From Trichosphaerium sp. ATCC 40318 (Eukaryota > Protista > Tubulinea), in contig JALMLS010000213.1 of NCBI GenBank assembly GCA_038496445.1, positions 248,001 to 312,000 of the forward strand: a stretch of DNA of 64,000 nt. Direction: 5' to 3'. The translations under genes and the position numbers were made by a program. Below are positions 25,285-36,985 of the stretch, piece by piece. The notes under the pieces were generated by a model. It did no database searches. It was not told the DNA's origin and was given only the letters and a program-made list of their open reading frames with translations. Each line of letters starts with the position of its first letter. The first letter of the stretch is position 1.

Positions 25285-27530
25285 ATGTTTAAGTGTAAAT
25301 GCCACAACCAACAACTTAACAAGCGAACAGACCATCGCCAGTGGTCAAGACTCAAAAGGTAATTTGATTTTCTTACTTTCTACATCTATTCTCTATGCAC
25401 TAAATACAGTAAATAGTAATTCGTGAACAGGTAGCACTTTAATTTAATCCGACATTTTGTTTATGCAATGTCCTTACCGAAATCAGTCTGTAGCTATCCT
25501 AGACGAAGTTTGAGACTTGGAGAAAAGTGGCATCATACAAAGAAAGTCATTGCTGTAATGTGAAAAGAGTAGGCATGCAACTGTTTGAAGAAATGGTCAT
25601 GACACCTTGCGCCATTTTCAGACTTCAGAATTTGTTGAAATTATACGAAATTTCTGAAAACATAAACGCACCATCACAGTTACTCAAACACCACTTCGTT
25701 ATCACAAATATCATTTTATCAAACATGAACACACAAACATCTGTAAGCAGCAATAGCTCTTCAATTCATGCACGGTTCATCTCAAAGTCAAGCCTTCAAG
25801 CCAAACTAACCAAAGCTAAACGTACGACGCATATTAAAGGCTTGTTCTACAATATTGGGAACTAACAACGTTTTCTCAGTTTTCAAGGGAATGGACGGTA
25901 ATGACTGGTGCGAACTGAACCCAGTTACACATACAACAACAAAAAGCAGCGAAGGCGCGCCACTACCACCAGGTAAATTTTCACAAATTCTGTTTTTAAT
26001 CGGTAATTGCTTTCAAAATGCCTTCTAACGCATTTAATAGAGGTAGAAAACTTCAACAAGCTCATGGCAACACTTAGCGGCTTCGAGTAGATCAAAACAA
26101 TTTTTCAAACCTCCTTCTCTGTCACAAACTTGTAAACATACTCCACACTTGTAAATACTTGTACATAAACCCCCACAGGAATACACGAGATTCTTATGTA
26201 CCAGCTCTCAAAAACTAAGTTCCCTAAAAAACAAAATATGGCGTCACGCCTTGCGAGGTTGTGAAGGATCTAAAGAGAGCTGAACACATCTTTGACGAGT
26301 ATTGTATACTGGATAGTCTATTACGTATGGTAGGTTGGCAACACATCTAGCGAAATGGCTATTGCTTGTATTGACACCAAACAAACCTTAGATAACCTCA
26401 AGTTGGATGCTAGCCTTGTAGAGGCGTTGAATACTACACGTGCCTTGCTCGAGATTAGAACTTGTTGCTATAACTCATCCTCAGGTAGGAAGGATAGCAC
26501 AAGCGTCAATATGCCTTATAAACTTGATCGCGAGTCTAGCGTTGCACGAACCAAATCCTTCGTATACATGTCACCAAGTGATGTATAATTTAGCTATCAT
26601 AGCATACGAAAAGACACATCAACGTTAGTTCTGTTAATTGGTTCGAACCTTTATTTTTTACAAGTTATTGAAAGGTTGCAGTAAGTTAAACTTAGTCAGT
26701 TTTTTTTGGGTTTCGTCTATATCTTCTAACTGTACGTGAGACAGCATCCATAGCGAACCAGTATTGAGTGCTACACTTTCTAATACAGTTTTGCTGTTGA
26801 AGTGTAAGATGCGGTTCCAATGGGTCTAAAAAACCTAGTTGAAGCTTAACTGTGCGTGTATTGGTTTATTTAGCGACAATTAACGTACCCTTCTTGATAC
26901 ATTTATAAGCACAGCTATGCCATGTTATTGAGCGTAATAAAAGCGTATAACGTACGTATTAGTAGCGCCGGTTATAGTATCGTTTAAAGAGTAGTTAAGC
27001 GCCACATGGGTCAGTTGCGCATCTATGTCAGGCGCTTCCTCCATTCAATAGCGTACTGAGAAACATAAAGCTTTTACAAGTCAGTCTTCGTCAATTACTT
27101 GTTTCACGCACCTAAGAATGAATTACCTATCACTACCGCTCCTGAATTTGCATTTACACCCTTTATGCCAAGAGGAAATCAAGGAGTATCTCTCTTGCGA
27201 GCAAGAGTCCTCTATATTTGCAAAGTACACTCCCGCGAACGTGAACTCACGCTTACAAAGCCATTTAGGATAATTGGCGAATGCCATCACAAAAGGATAA
27301 CGCTACATAATTGTATGGCTGCTGAGGTGCGTTAACTACGCTCACAGAGTGGTAAAGTAGCTACGTATTAACAAAATGCCATTCAGAAACGATTTTTACG
27401 CAGACGTGAGCAAAGTGAACCATACCTTGGTAACCCGCTCTCAAGGCCATTTGAAGGTGTATTTGAACCAGAAGAAGATTTGACAGACCAAATTCTTCAA
27501 AACCAATAGAAACACAACCTGACACGCTTC
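25285..27530 (+). pseudogene. Probable degenerate coding region of unknown identity
   Basis: Coding-like composition with few poly-T tracts and some splice-like signals, but every frame is interrupted (fragments 25527-25865, 26355-26588, 27099-27335). Confidence 0.3.
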
Positions 27531-27599
27531 ACAGACAACAAAAACCATGCATCTCGCTCACAAATTAACGAGATTCTTAGTTAAACTTATGTACATTGT

Positions 27600-28819
27600 T
27601 TATAGTTCTACACATTTTGTAGAGTTCTCCAAAAAAACTTTATCTAACCTCCACCGTCCGTTGTGCGTATGCACATTTAAAACCAAGTGTGTATTTGGAT
27701 CCTTACCATCTACAAGAAGCATTTTCCATTCCATTTCGCCCACGAACTAAGCAAACAAAGTCAAAACAAAAGAACGGAAAAATAGACAACAAAACTTTTT
27801 CAAGAAAAGAAAAAAAGAAAAAAGCTCCAACTGTTTTTTTCTCGGCCTTCAGCCTTCTGTTTGTTATGAATAAACATTGTAGTAGTTCTTCGATTACCCC
27901 ACGAGGGTATAAAGAATATTGCAGTTCATCAGGAGAGCATTATTACGAGTTTGGTCGCGTTTTTTTGAAAGAAATTAAAAAAAAAATGTACCTCAACTAG
28001 ACGGAAAGTGAAAGGGTTGTATTCCCACCAATTATTCATTTCTGCTGTTGTACAAAATGTCAAGTAGTTCCATTTTTCTTTAGGTGTTTGTAAAATCTTG
28101 TTAGAGAGCTCGATAGGGCCGAATTCATCCATCAAGTAAGTATCTCTGATTGCTTTTTCAAAAGGCTCCATACCTATCAGAAGGTAAGGAAAACGAGCCA
28201 ATTTAGCGTAAAGTAACATTTGAATAGCCGTTTAGTGAAAAGAACGCTTTTCAGCAACGGCATGTTTTGTTCAAACTTGTACAGCTTTAAAACGCACCAA
28301 AAGTGACCCAAATGTGAGAAGCATTGTTAGGATAGTTCAGTATACCATGATTAAACCAAGCAAATGTACCATCGTATGCAAGTTTAGCCACAACTGCAAT
28401 ACTGACTGCAATCATACAAGCTACGAATGGAGAGTATACTAGAGAGATTATTAGCTGTTTGCTTTTAAATCACGTAAAGTTTTTGTTTTTTAGTTATCTT
28501 AAATACGAATGAACGCTAACGTACTTCGCGTGGCTGTGCCAAACTTTTCATCCTCTTCATTTTGCCATGACGAGAAATTGTACATAAACTCCTCATACGA
28601 TGGTAATTTCTTCTTCTTTGTACCATATTGACGCTCATACTCTATTTTGTCTTTCTCCGCTTGCTCGCGTTTTCTTTTTTGTATATTGTCCGCTACAGTA
28701 CTCTTTTGAGAAGTCTCCTTAGCCGCTTTCGCTCTTTTAGCTGCAGGTGACACCCATACAGGTTTTCTCGGATTCTTTGAGCGCATGGCGCCTTGAACCG
28801 CTAACAACCGTCCAATCAT
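27600..28819 (-). CDS. Putative mitochondrial single-pass inner-membrane protein (Tim21/Coa1-like layout)
   Basis: Basic presequence-like start MIGRLLAVQGAMRSK; one TM (YSPFVACMIAVSIAVVAKLAY); C-terminal beta-rich exon FVGEMEWKMLLVDG...VHTHNGRWRLDKVFLE. Confidence 0.5.
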
Positions 28820-29241
28820 CACAACCAAGCGCACATTAACTTTAATCCGGTCGTAACAGTTCAGCATCGACAAATTAATGCGGGCTTCACCAACATTGTG
28901 TCTAACCCACTAGGTTACTAAACCTAGAAAAAACAGCGCTGGCAACGCTTGTCATAGAACACAGTAATCTGTTGCAACTTTGCGGAGAATGCTGAACGCT
29001 TTCAGCCTTGCCTTTAATAACCACAAAGGCTTTATCAAGACACTCACACTACTTTAGCAGCGTTCATTTATTTTCTTCCTAGTTGACACATTTTACAATG
29101 TGTTAGTAGTTTCAATAAGTACCGAGTACATATTTATGTGGTACCATATTACAAAAGGTCTAGCATTGAGCAACACGTGCTTTTGAACCGATCAACTTTT
29201 TTTTTTGAGTTTTTTGTTCACATTGGTGTTATCACACGTCG

Positions 29242-29510
29242 TTAATCTCCAGACTCGATCGTCTTCTTGAGGATTGTAGATGCTAACATAGCGAATGCTT
29301 CTTCAGCTTGAAGCAAAAACAACATTAACAAGGAGGACAAAAAGAGTAGTAGCAATAAGTACCATTCTTTGATTCTTTCGATGTCTCAATAAACAATAAC
29401 TTGTGTTCATGTGCAAACATCTAAATTAAACGTCTTCATAACTCCCTCTACTTATTTCAGTTATGTTTACACGTACCCAAGTGGGTGTTGTATCATCTTA
29501 ACGGTTAAGA
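29242..29510 (-). pseudogene. Tandem duplicate of the 3' exons of the adjacent Rab gene
   Basis: Near-identical to about 29702-29975 (shared cttgtgttcatgtgcaaacatctaaattaaacgtcttcataa). Encodes LLFIETSKESKN / EEAFAMLASTILKKTIESGD*. Confidence 0.75.
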
Positions 29511-29701
29511 GCTATTCTAAGAAACTCGTGCAATTTGGACGGATTTTAATATTGTGTAACCAAACATAGATGAACAAGCAGTGTTAAGTTGGTAATCAGA
29601 CTACTATTGATGTGTTTTGTTAGATAATAGATGAAGTAAAGGTACTAAAAGGATGAGTTTATTTGTTGTGAGTCAGGTCTGAAATTTTAGTTATCATGTT
29701 G

Positions 29702-30618
29702 TTAATCGACAGGCTCTATATTCTTGAGGATCATAGATGCTATCTTAGTGAACGCTTCTTCAACTTCAAGTAAAAACAACATTAACAAAACAAGCAAAAA
29801 GAGTGTAGCAGGCAATAACTTTACCATTCTTTGATTCTTTGGATGATATCTCAATATACGGCAACTTGTGTTCATGTGCAAACATCTAAATTAAACGTCT
29901 TCATAAACGCACTCCTTTGTTCTGTTTGGTCTATACGTACCCCGGCAGTATATACATCAATCTCACGGTTAAGAGCTAGATCAGTCTTAGAGCCCACAAG
30001 TAATATTGGGGTGTCTTCAGGCATATATCTTTCCACTTCTTTAAGCCACTTTGTAGTGCTATTGAAAGTGTCTCGTTTGGTGGTATCGTACAAAACCATG
30101 ACGCCACTTACACCTCTACAACAATACTGATACACTCCTCCTATGACTTTCGTCACACCAGGAGAGTCCCAAACTTGAAATTTAACTTTTTGGTTTCCAA
30201 TTTCAATAACCTTGACCTTCTAAGCACGTGGTGAGTCCACATAAGAAGATGCGAATTTTGGTGAAGTAATCGCATGGAAGCAAAATAAAGGTGCATATTT
30301 AGGTGAATGTGTACATACAAAGTCAACACCAATGGTGCTTATGAAAGATTCAGTAAAATAATCATCAGCAAATCTAAGTATCAAACTACTCTTTCCAACA
30401 CCAGCATCTCCAAGAACGACTATTTTAAATAAATAATCACTATCAACCGCATTAGAAAGTAAGAACTACTTGACTATTGTACTAATCGCGTTTGGCTGCT
30501 GACTTAGGGCTTGCAGTAACTGCGCACGTGGCAGCTAAGGATTGTCAAAACCAATGTATACTCCATAGGTTATTTTCCTACCTCTGTGTAGTTTGTTTTT
30601 ACTGCTACCATTACCCAT
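29702..30618 (-). CDS. Atypical Rab1-related small GTPase, predicted N-myristoylated, no C-terminal Cys
   Basis: MGNGSSK...[42 protein letters not shown]...QVWDSPG...LLVGSKTDL...IEISSK...VEEAF...IEPVD*. Confidence 0.85.
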
Positions 30619-30682
30619 TTGATCAGTGAAGAGTTGGATTGAAGGTTGACTTGTAAAAGACCTAATTGTGAAAAAAAGGTCA

Positions 30683-31265
30683 ATTGGATTACATTCAGGT
30701 TCAAAACTTAGATACGACACACTATATTTTCATTACTTGCTGGTTCTCAGCAACAAAAACACTATGACAAATCCAGAATCACTAATGATGACTTGAAAGT
30801 AATTCTGCTGCCAGTGTTCATAAAATTGACCTTACAAACACTTACATATCAGATGAGGCTGTGAAGGATCTTAAAGGAGTTCATACCATTAATCTTGATG
30901 GAACTGGAATAACTGATGAAGGTATACAAGGGCTTGTTGGTGTTCACACAATTGAATTGCGTCACCTATGTAACAGACAATGGAATCAAAGAACTCAAAG
31001 GTGTACATACCATTGACTTGCGTTGCACTTCAGTGACAGATGAGGGACTAAAAGCACTCAAAGGTGTTCATACAATTGACTTATATGGAACTAGTGTAAC
31101 AGATGAGTATTAAAGCGCTTAAAGGAGTACATACTATTGACGTGACATTAACTTCAATAACAGATGAATCTATTGAGGTACTCAAAGATGCGAGAATAGT
31201 TTATCTAGATGAAAGTTCATTCACACTGGAGGCGTTAGAAATACTCAAATTGTAAAATGTTGATG
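30683..31265 (+). pseudogene. 5'-truncated, frameshifted inverted copy of the LRR gene at 50076-51176
   Basis: High DNA identity to the reverse complement of about 50020-50680, including the 3' flank. Carries indels, a premature stop and fewer LRR units. Confidence 0.88.
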
Positions 31266-31466
31266 TACACATATAAATCCTTTGGCATTGTTGATGTGGG
31301 TTTATGCTCGATGCACACCCACCAATTCTTTTGCATATTTCATACAAAAATGTGTTTATTTTTTTTGAACACGTGTTAGATGTCAAAGAGTCACAATAAT
31401 AAAAAAATCACAAATAAGTTCTTCTTTTGCCCTTTTCTCTTTTCTTGTTTAATTTGCAGTTCTACT

Positions 31467-34400
31467 TTAACTTTCATCTTTGGCTTTCCTTGTAGCATAA
31501 GATCGCATCTTTTTAAGTAAGTCTTCCATATATGGCTTATTTTCAAGCTGTTCTGGCGTAGCATCAGTCTTTTTTGATAAATGTTCAATTTTCCATTTAA
31601 GATAAGATCGTGTTGCTTTCAAAACTGTTCCACCGACTTTCTTCTCCTTTCCAAGTAGATAAAACTTATCTATAAACGCTACAGCCTTTGGAGATAATTT
31701 TATATATGCCAATGCAGAGTTTACAAGAAGAAGACAAGCATGAGCCAGTTTTTTCTGAACCTGGAAAAAAGAATAAGGATGTAAACCTTCAGTGCTTTCT
31801 TATTCACTTTTGTTTATCCAGAACACTAAAAACGAAATCGCAGAATGATTATACTTATGTATAAAGTATTCTAAGATTGTATTTTACAAGACACGTGGTA
31901 CTTGTTCCTGTTTTTTGGTCCAAAAATTATCTTTCAAAATAAAAACACTGTTGACGTACAAGCGTGTCTGGGTAGTCCGCCAAAGCTTCTACTTCTGTCT
32001 GAATGAGTTTAAGTGTTTCTTCTATCATATCAGAAAGATCTGCATTAAACTCTTCAGTTCCATAGTACAAGACATCGTTTGCATCGACTTTTGGAAAATG
32101 GTATGGAAGTGTCTCCTAAATATACACGTAAGAAGATGCCTCGCTTCAAGAAAAACCTATATTTCTAACCTGTGCGGCAGCAGCTAGTAGGGTAAGAATA
32201 GATACATAACACTCGAATTTAACAGCATTCGGATGATCCCTAAAAGAGCGGGTTAGAGTCTTTTTGCCTTCTTTGTTTTTTTCAACAATTAGTTTACAAC
32301 ACTTCATACCATTGTAAGTCTGATACTACTTTAAGTAAACCCTTCAGTAGATAGAATGGTCCGTATTCTGGATGTCCAGGTACAGCAATAAGTAATGCAC
32401 CAAATTGCCTGGTAAAGAATAAGTGAGAAAACCAAAAAAAAAGTCGGTTGACAATTGGTACTGAAAAAAGGGCGACTCACCTAACAATACCAATAGCACG
32501 CTCTTCAACTGAACCACCACCGGTCTTCTTGGCTGCAGGTACTTCCTATTGAGAAAAAAAAATTAAAAATAAAAACACGTGTTTTTCGTGCTGATAAAAA
32601 AATAATCACGTGACTAATTATTTAACTACATAAAAACAAAACGCACCTGTATGAGAGTAATTGCGCCTTTAATGAGCGAGTCAGCTTGTGGAAGAGATTG
32701 ATTCAATAGTGCCATCTTAGATTAAAAAAAATAAGAAGAAGAAAGTCAACAAGACATGTCTCTCATACAAAGACATGAATTAGACAAAAAAGCGTACTTG
32801 GGCTGATAGATTATATAAATGTAACCTCAAGAATATATCCTCCATTGAAGGAATTGTAATAAAACAAAATGAGATAACCGCCTAAGAAAGAAATAAATTA
32901 TTTCAAACTGCAGAAAAAAAAATTGAAAAAAGTTGTTTTCGTACTCTGACGAATGCTGATGTTTTACTATTGTGTTTGCCGTTTACAAGTTTATGTGTAC
33001 GCCCAGCAATATCACATGCGCCCTTGAATATGATTAGCTGGTGGTGAAGTTTCAAAAAAGAAAAAAAAAATCACATTATCTAGAAAACTTACGAGTACAA
33101 GGTGACCTTTAACTGCATCCAGATTTGCAAAAGCACGTCTACATTCAACGTAAAAGTTTAGTCTCTTATCTAAGTTATCACTGAAAGACATCTAGATATC
33201 GTTAATGCTTCATTTGAGTCATAACAATCAACATACCCTATCAATAAAACGGTTGATAAGTCCAGAAATTTGTCGCACTTCATCATCAAAAGAAAGAGCG
33301 CTAACACTATCATGTGCTGTCTTGGCTACAGTAAACATTGTACTGATGATAATAGGATCAGTAACAACGCCTTGGTGCCTAGAAAAATATCAACTTGTTG
33401 ATATTTTGAACAATACAAGAAAACCGTCAGGATAAGTTTTCAACTAAAAAAATAGAATAACCTAAAGTAGGTTTCAAATTCTCCCTTCTTTTTCCCTGCA
33501 CAATGAAAAATACCATTTTTATCAGAGCAGAATAACACATAAGGTACTTTTGTGGGGCGGATGAAAGAAAATAGTAGAATTTGAACGAGTGCGAATAGGG
33601 ATTGTAAAAAAAAGGAAAAAAAAGGAAAAAAAGTAAAAACATTCATGGATTTCTTGTGTACCTAGAAAAGCTACGAAGAATAGATTTACTAACTTCAACT
33701 TCTGTTTCACCTCTGAATATATCCATAAATGGTAAAAAGTTATCCTACATAATATTAGAGGCGTCATTGACGAAATTCAGTGAAATTCAGCCAAAAAACT
33801 GCCACACAAGCTTACCATTGCAAAAACATCACCAAAATCCTCGTAGTTACCCAAAACTTTCTGCATAATACTTTGTAATTGTGGTTGATAATCTAAATAC
33901 TTTCTATCAACTTGAACATGCTTTATAATATCACCCAACAACATATTCGTCTCTGTTCTCTAAAAACGAAAAAAAAAACACATTAAAACTATTGCTCTTC
34001 GAACTCATTTTGTTGACTTACTGTGCAATGCTTTACTGGGTATTCAATGTACACCTCAGCAACTCTAACAAATTTTTCAGTATCATCTTCAAGAATAACA
34101 TCACTCCATATCTCTTTAAGGATGGAAGTCCGGTCAGCCTAAAAAAAAAAAGAAAGCATTAGACTACCTTCGATTTTTGTTGTTCAAACATGTTTCAGCT
34201 TAAAGGGGCGGTACTTGGTCGCCATGCAAGCTTCTACAGCATGCTAGGAGTGAAGGTATCACCATGCTAGCAAGCATTGAAGTCTATATACACAACAAAG
34301 AAGTCCGTTGGTTGCAAATTGTATTCCTGTTCCTACTTACTTTTGGTGGTACTGCCAAAACTAGTGTTATGCCAAGAGTACGATATAGCTCCATCTAAAG

Positions 34401-36760
34401 TTATGTGTAAGTATTGTATTTGATTCAATGAGCTCTCAAGTACCTTTGAGTAAACCTCTGCATCGCTTTCTTTGATCAAATGTACTAAACGTTTTCCATT
34501 GTTTACAATATCTTGTGGTAAAAATGAAGAGATGATGGCATTTAGAAGAATAGGGTTCTTGCATGCTTCGTCATCAGCGATTATTTTATTAAGCATATTT
34601 CTAGGTAGCTTATAGGCAATACACTATAATCAAACATTAACAAGAGAGAGAAACAGATAAGAAATAGTTTGACAAATAAAAACAAAAAAACTGACCTGGA
34701 GTAACCAATCGAGACCTGGAGAATACAAGTCCAAGTATTCTGCCTTGGAAACATTTCTATCTTTAATGTAAGGTTTCATGTAATCTTCTTCCATATGCTA
34801 ATATGTTATGAGTACAAAAAAGCGTGACTTTCGCTTGAAGCTCAATAAAACTAATTGGACCCTTTCATTGAAAACAACGCTGCTTGTTCCTTTTACGTAC
34901 TTTTTGAAGGAAGATGTAGTCTTCAAAACTACGCTGTAAAAATTCCCGCTCCCTTGGTAAGCACTCGTGCGCTTTACGTGCGAGGTATACACGTGCGTAT
35001 GTGGCTACAAGAGGATCACCTAAGAGCGTATTGTTAACTCGAAAGCAAAAAAAGAGTGAATGGAAACTACTGCGTACCTATGCCTCTTATGCATTCATTA
35101 AGGCGATTTATGACTGCCTTTATTCTATCATTTGCTATAAATCTATAACAAGAAAGAATTGACATTTCTACATATCTGATAGAAGAGTGAAAGAAAAATT
35201 AAGAAAGAATTCATAAAAAAAAATTAAAAAGGGTTTTTGGTCGGATACATTCTAGGTAAGAGTTCCCTTATTGATGCAATCTTGAAGAACCAATTCTTAC
35301 ATGTCTCTTTAGCATGATCAGCTACATCTTCAGCTCTAAAATTATCTAAAAAGGTGTCAACACCCAACATTTTCGAACGTAAAATAATTCAATCAACACT
35401 TCAAACTTCTCAAAAAAAAAACCAGAAAAAACTCAACAAGCGCGTAAAATACAATCAAAAATACTCCATACCTTTGAGCGGAATCTGTGTGTCATCTACA
35501 TATACTGTAGATATCATTTTAATACGTTGAAAGACCAATTTCCCAAAAGTATCCAAAATTTCTGAAATAAGAACAAACTTGCTAGGATAAAACGCAGTTA
35601 CTTCTGCAGTATCACCAAGTAACTTAGCACACTAACAAAAAAATCAGAAAAGTCATTCACGTGTTGCTTAACGCAAAAAAAAGAGAAGTTTTCTCAGAAA
35701 TTCAATAAACTTTACCTTGATGCTGATTTTTAGCGTCTTGACTCTTTTCTCGTTAGACCAAGCATCTTGCATGTCTTCATGTAGTTCATTTATATGACGT
35801 ATGTATTCCTAAGGTACATTAAGTACTTCAGAGAGTAGCTGGTGAGTATTTTTTTCGTGTATAAATCCACAATAAAATAAAAAAAAAGCAGCTGTTGCTT
35901 CTGTCATTTAAATACGCAGCTTAAAGTACGAGTTGGGTATTGTAATAAAGTACAAGTAAACAATGGAGATAAAGACGTTCAATAAAGTAGAAAAATCGTC
36001 GCAACAACGTAAGGGAAGTGAAGTTTTTGTGATGGAAAAAAAATCGGAGACTTGAAAAAGAAAAGGAAAAAAAAAACCAAAGGTAGCGCTCCTTACTTGT
36101 TGTGTGAGCTGAAGCATCTTCGCTTCTTTATCATCATCTTCTCCAAGTTGCTCTAAGCGATGTTTCACTTGATCTACAGGCATTGCTACCTGAGGAGCGC
36201 CTTCAGCCATAAAATCACTTTAACTTGTCAAGGAAGAAATTGATAGATACTGGCACGCGTTAAAACGTGTTTTAACGCTTAATGATTAAAAACGCCAATT
36301 GTTTTTGTGAAATGTCGTTTGAAGGATACGGTAACATTATGCTCTCCTTTGTTGTATATTTCTGTAGTATAGCTGATTTCTTTGTTGCCCAAGGCGCAAA
36401 TCCTTCAAAAGGATCAATTTCTTCTCCAAATTCTACGACGTTTGAAGGGCCGGTATTTGACGTTACAACAGATAGAGGATCTAATGGAGTGCCATTTTCT
36501 TCTGGTTTAAAACCATTCAACGGATCAAATCCTAAAGGGTGTTCGACGCTATCCTGTGTGACTTTAGGCTTCTCTGTTTCAACAACTGGCAAGTTTTTGG
36601 CAGACAAGGGGTGATCGTCACAAGGCTCTTCTTTTAGCTCTAATTCGCTTTTTTCTTGTTCAAAATTACGCGGTAGGGACACCCTAAACAAATTGTACAC
36701 AACATGTCGTGTTTAACAGCAAAACAAAAAAAATTCGTACCAGCTTCGCCCGTCAGCCAT
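31467..36760 (-). CDS. VPS35L: Retriever complex subunit VPS35L (C16orf62), multi-exon
   Basis: [120 protein letters not shown]. Confidence 0.93.
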
Positions 36761-36985
36761 TATAAGCGCTCAAATGTACTTTTTGAACCTTCTGTCGACT
36801 TTCGCAATGAAATTAAATAAAATGTAACGTAAAAAATCAACAAAAGTCAAGAGCAAACCGTTAAAAACAACAACAAACAAATGAGTCACTTGGCCCTAAC
36901 CGTGGCCGCTTTTGGTTTTTTTTGTTTCTTTGTTATTTTTTACATACACATACTTTTATATTACATTGATTGCTCTTGGAGATGC

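Noticed and set aside
26635-26655. ggttcgaacc T-loop-like motif suggesting a tRNA
   Set aside because: No cloverleaf can be formed around it.
25285-27530. Alternative genetic code explaining the interrupted frames
   Set aside because: Conserved genes in the window translate normally and end in TAA, TAG or TGA.
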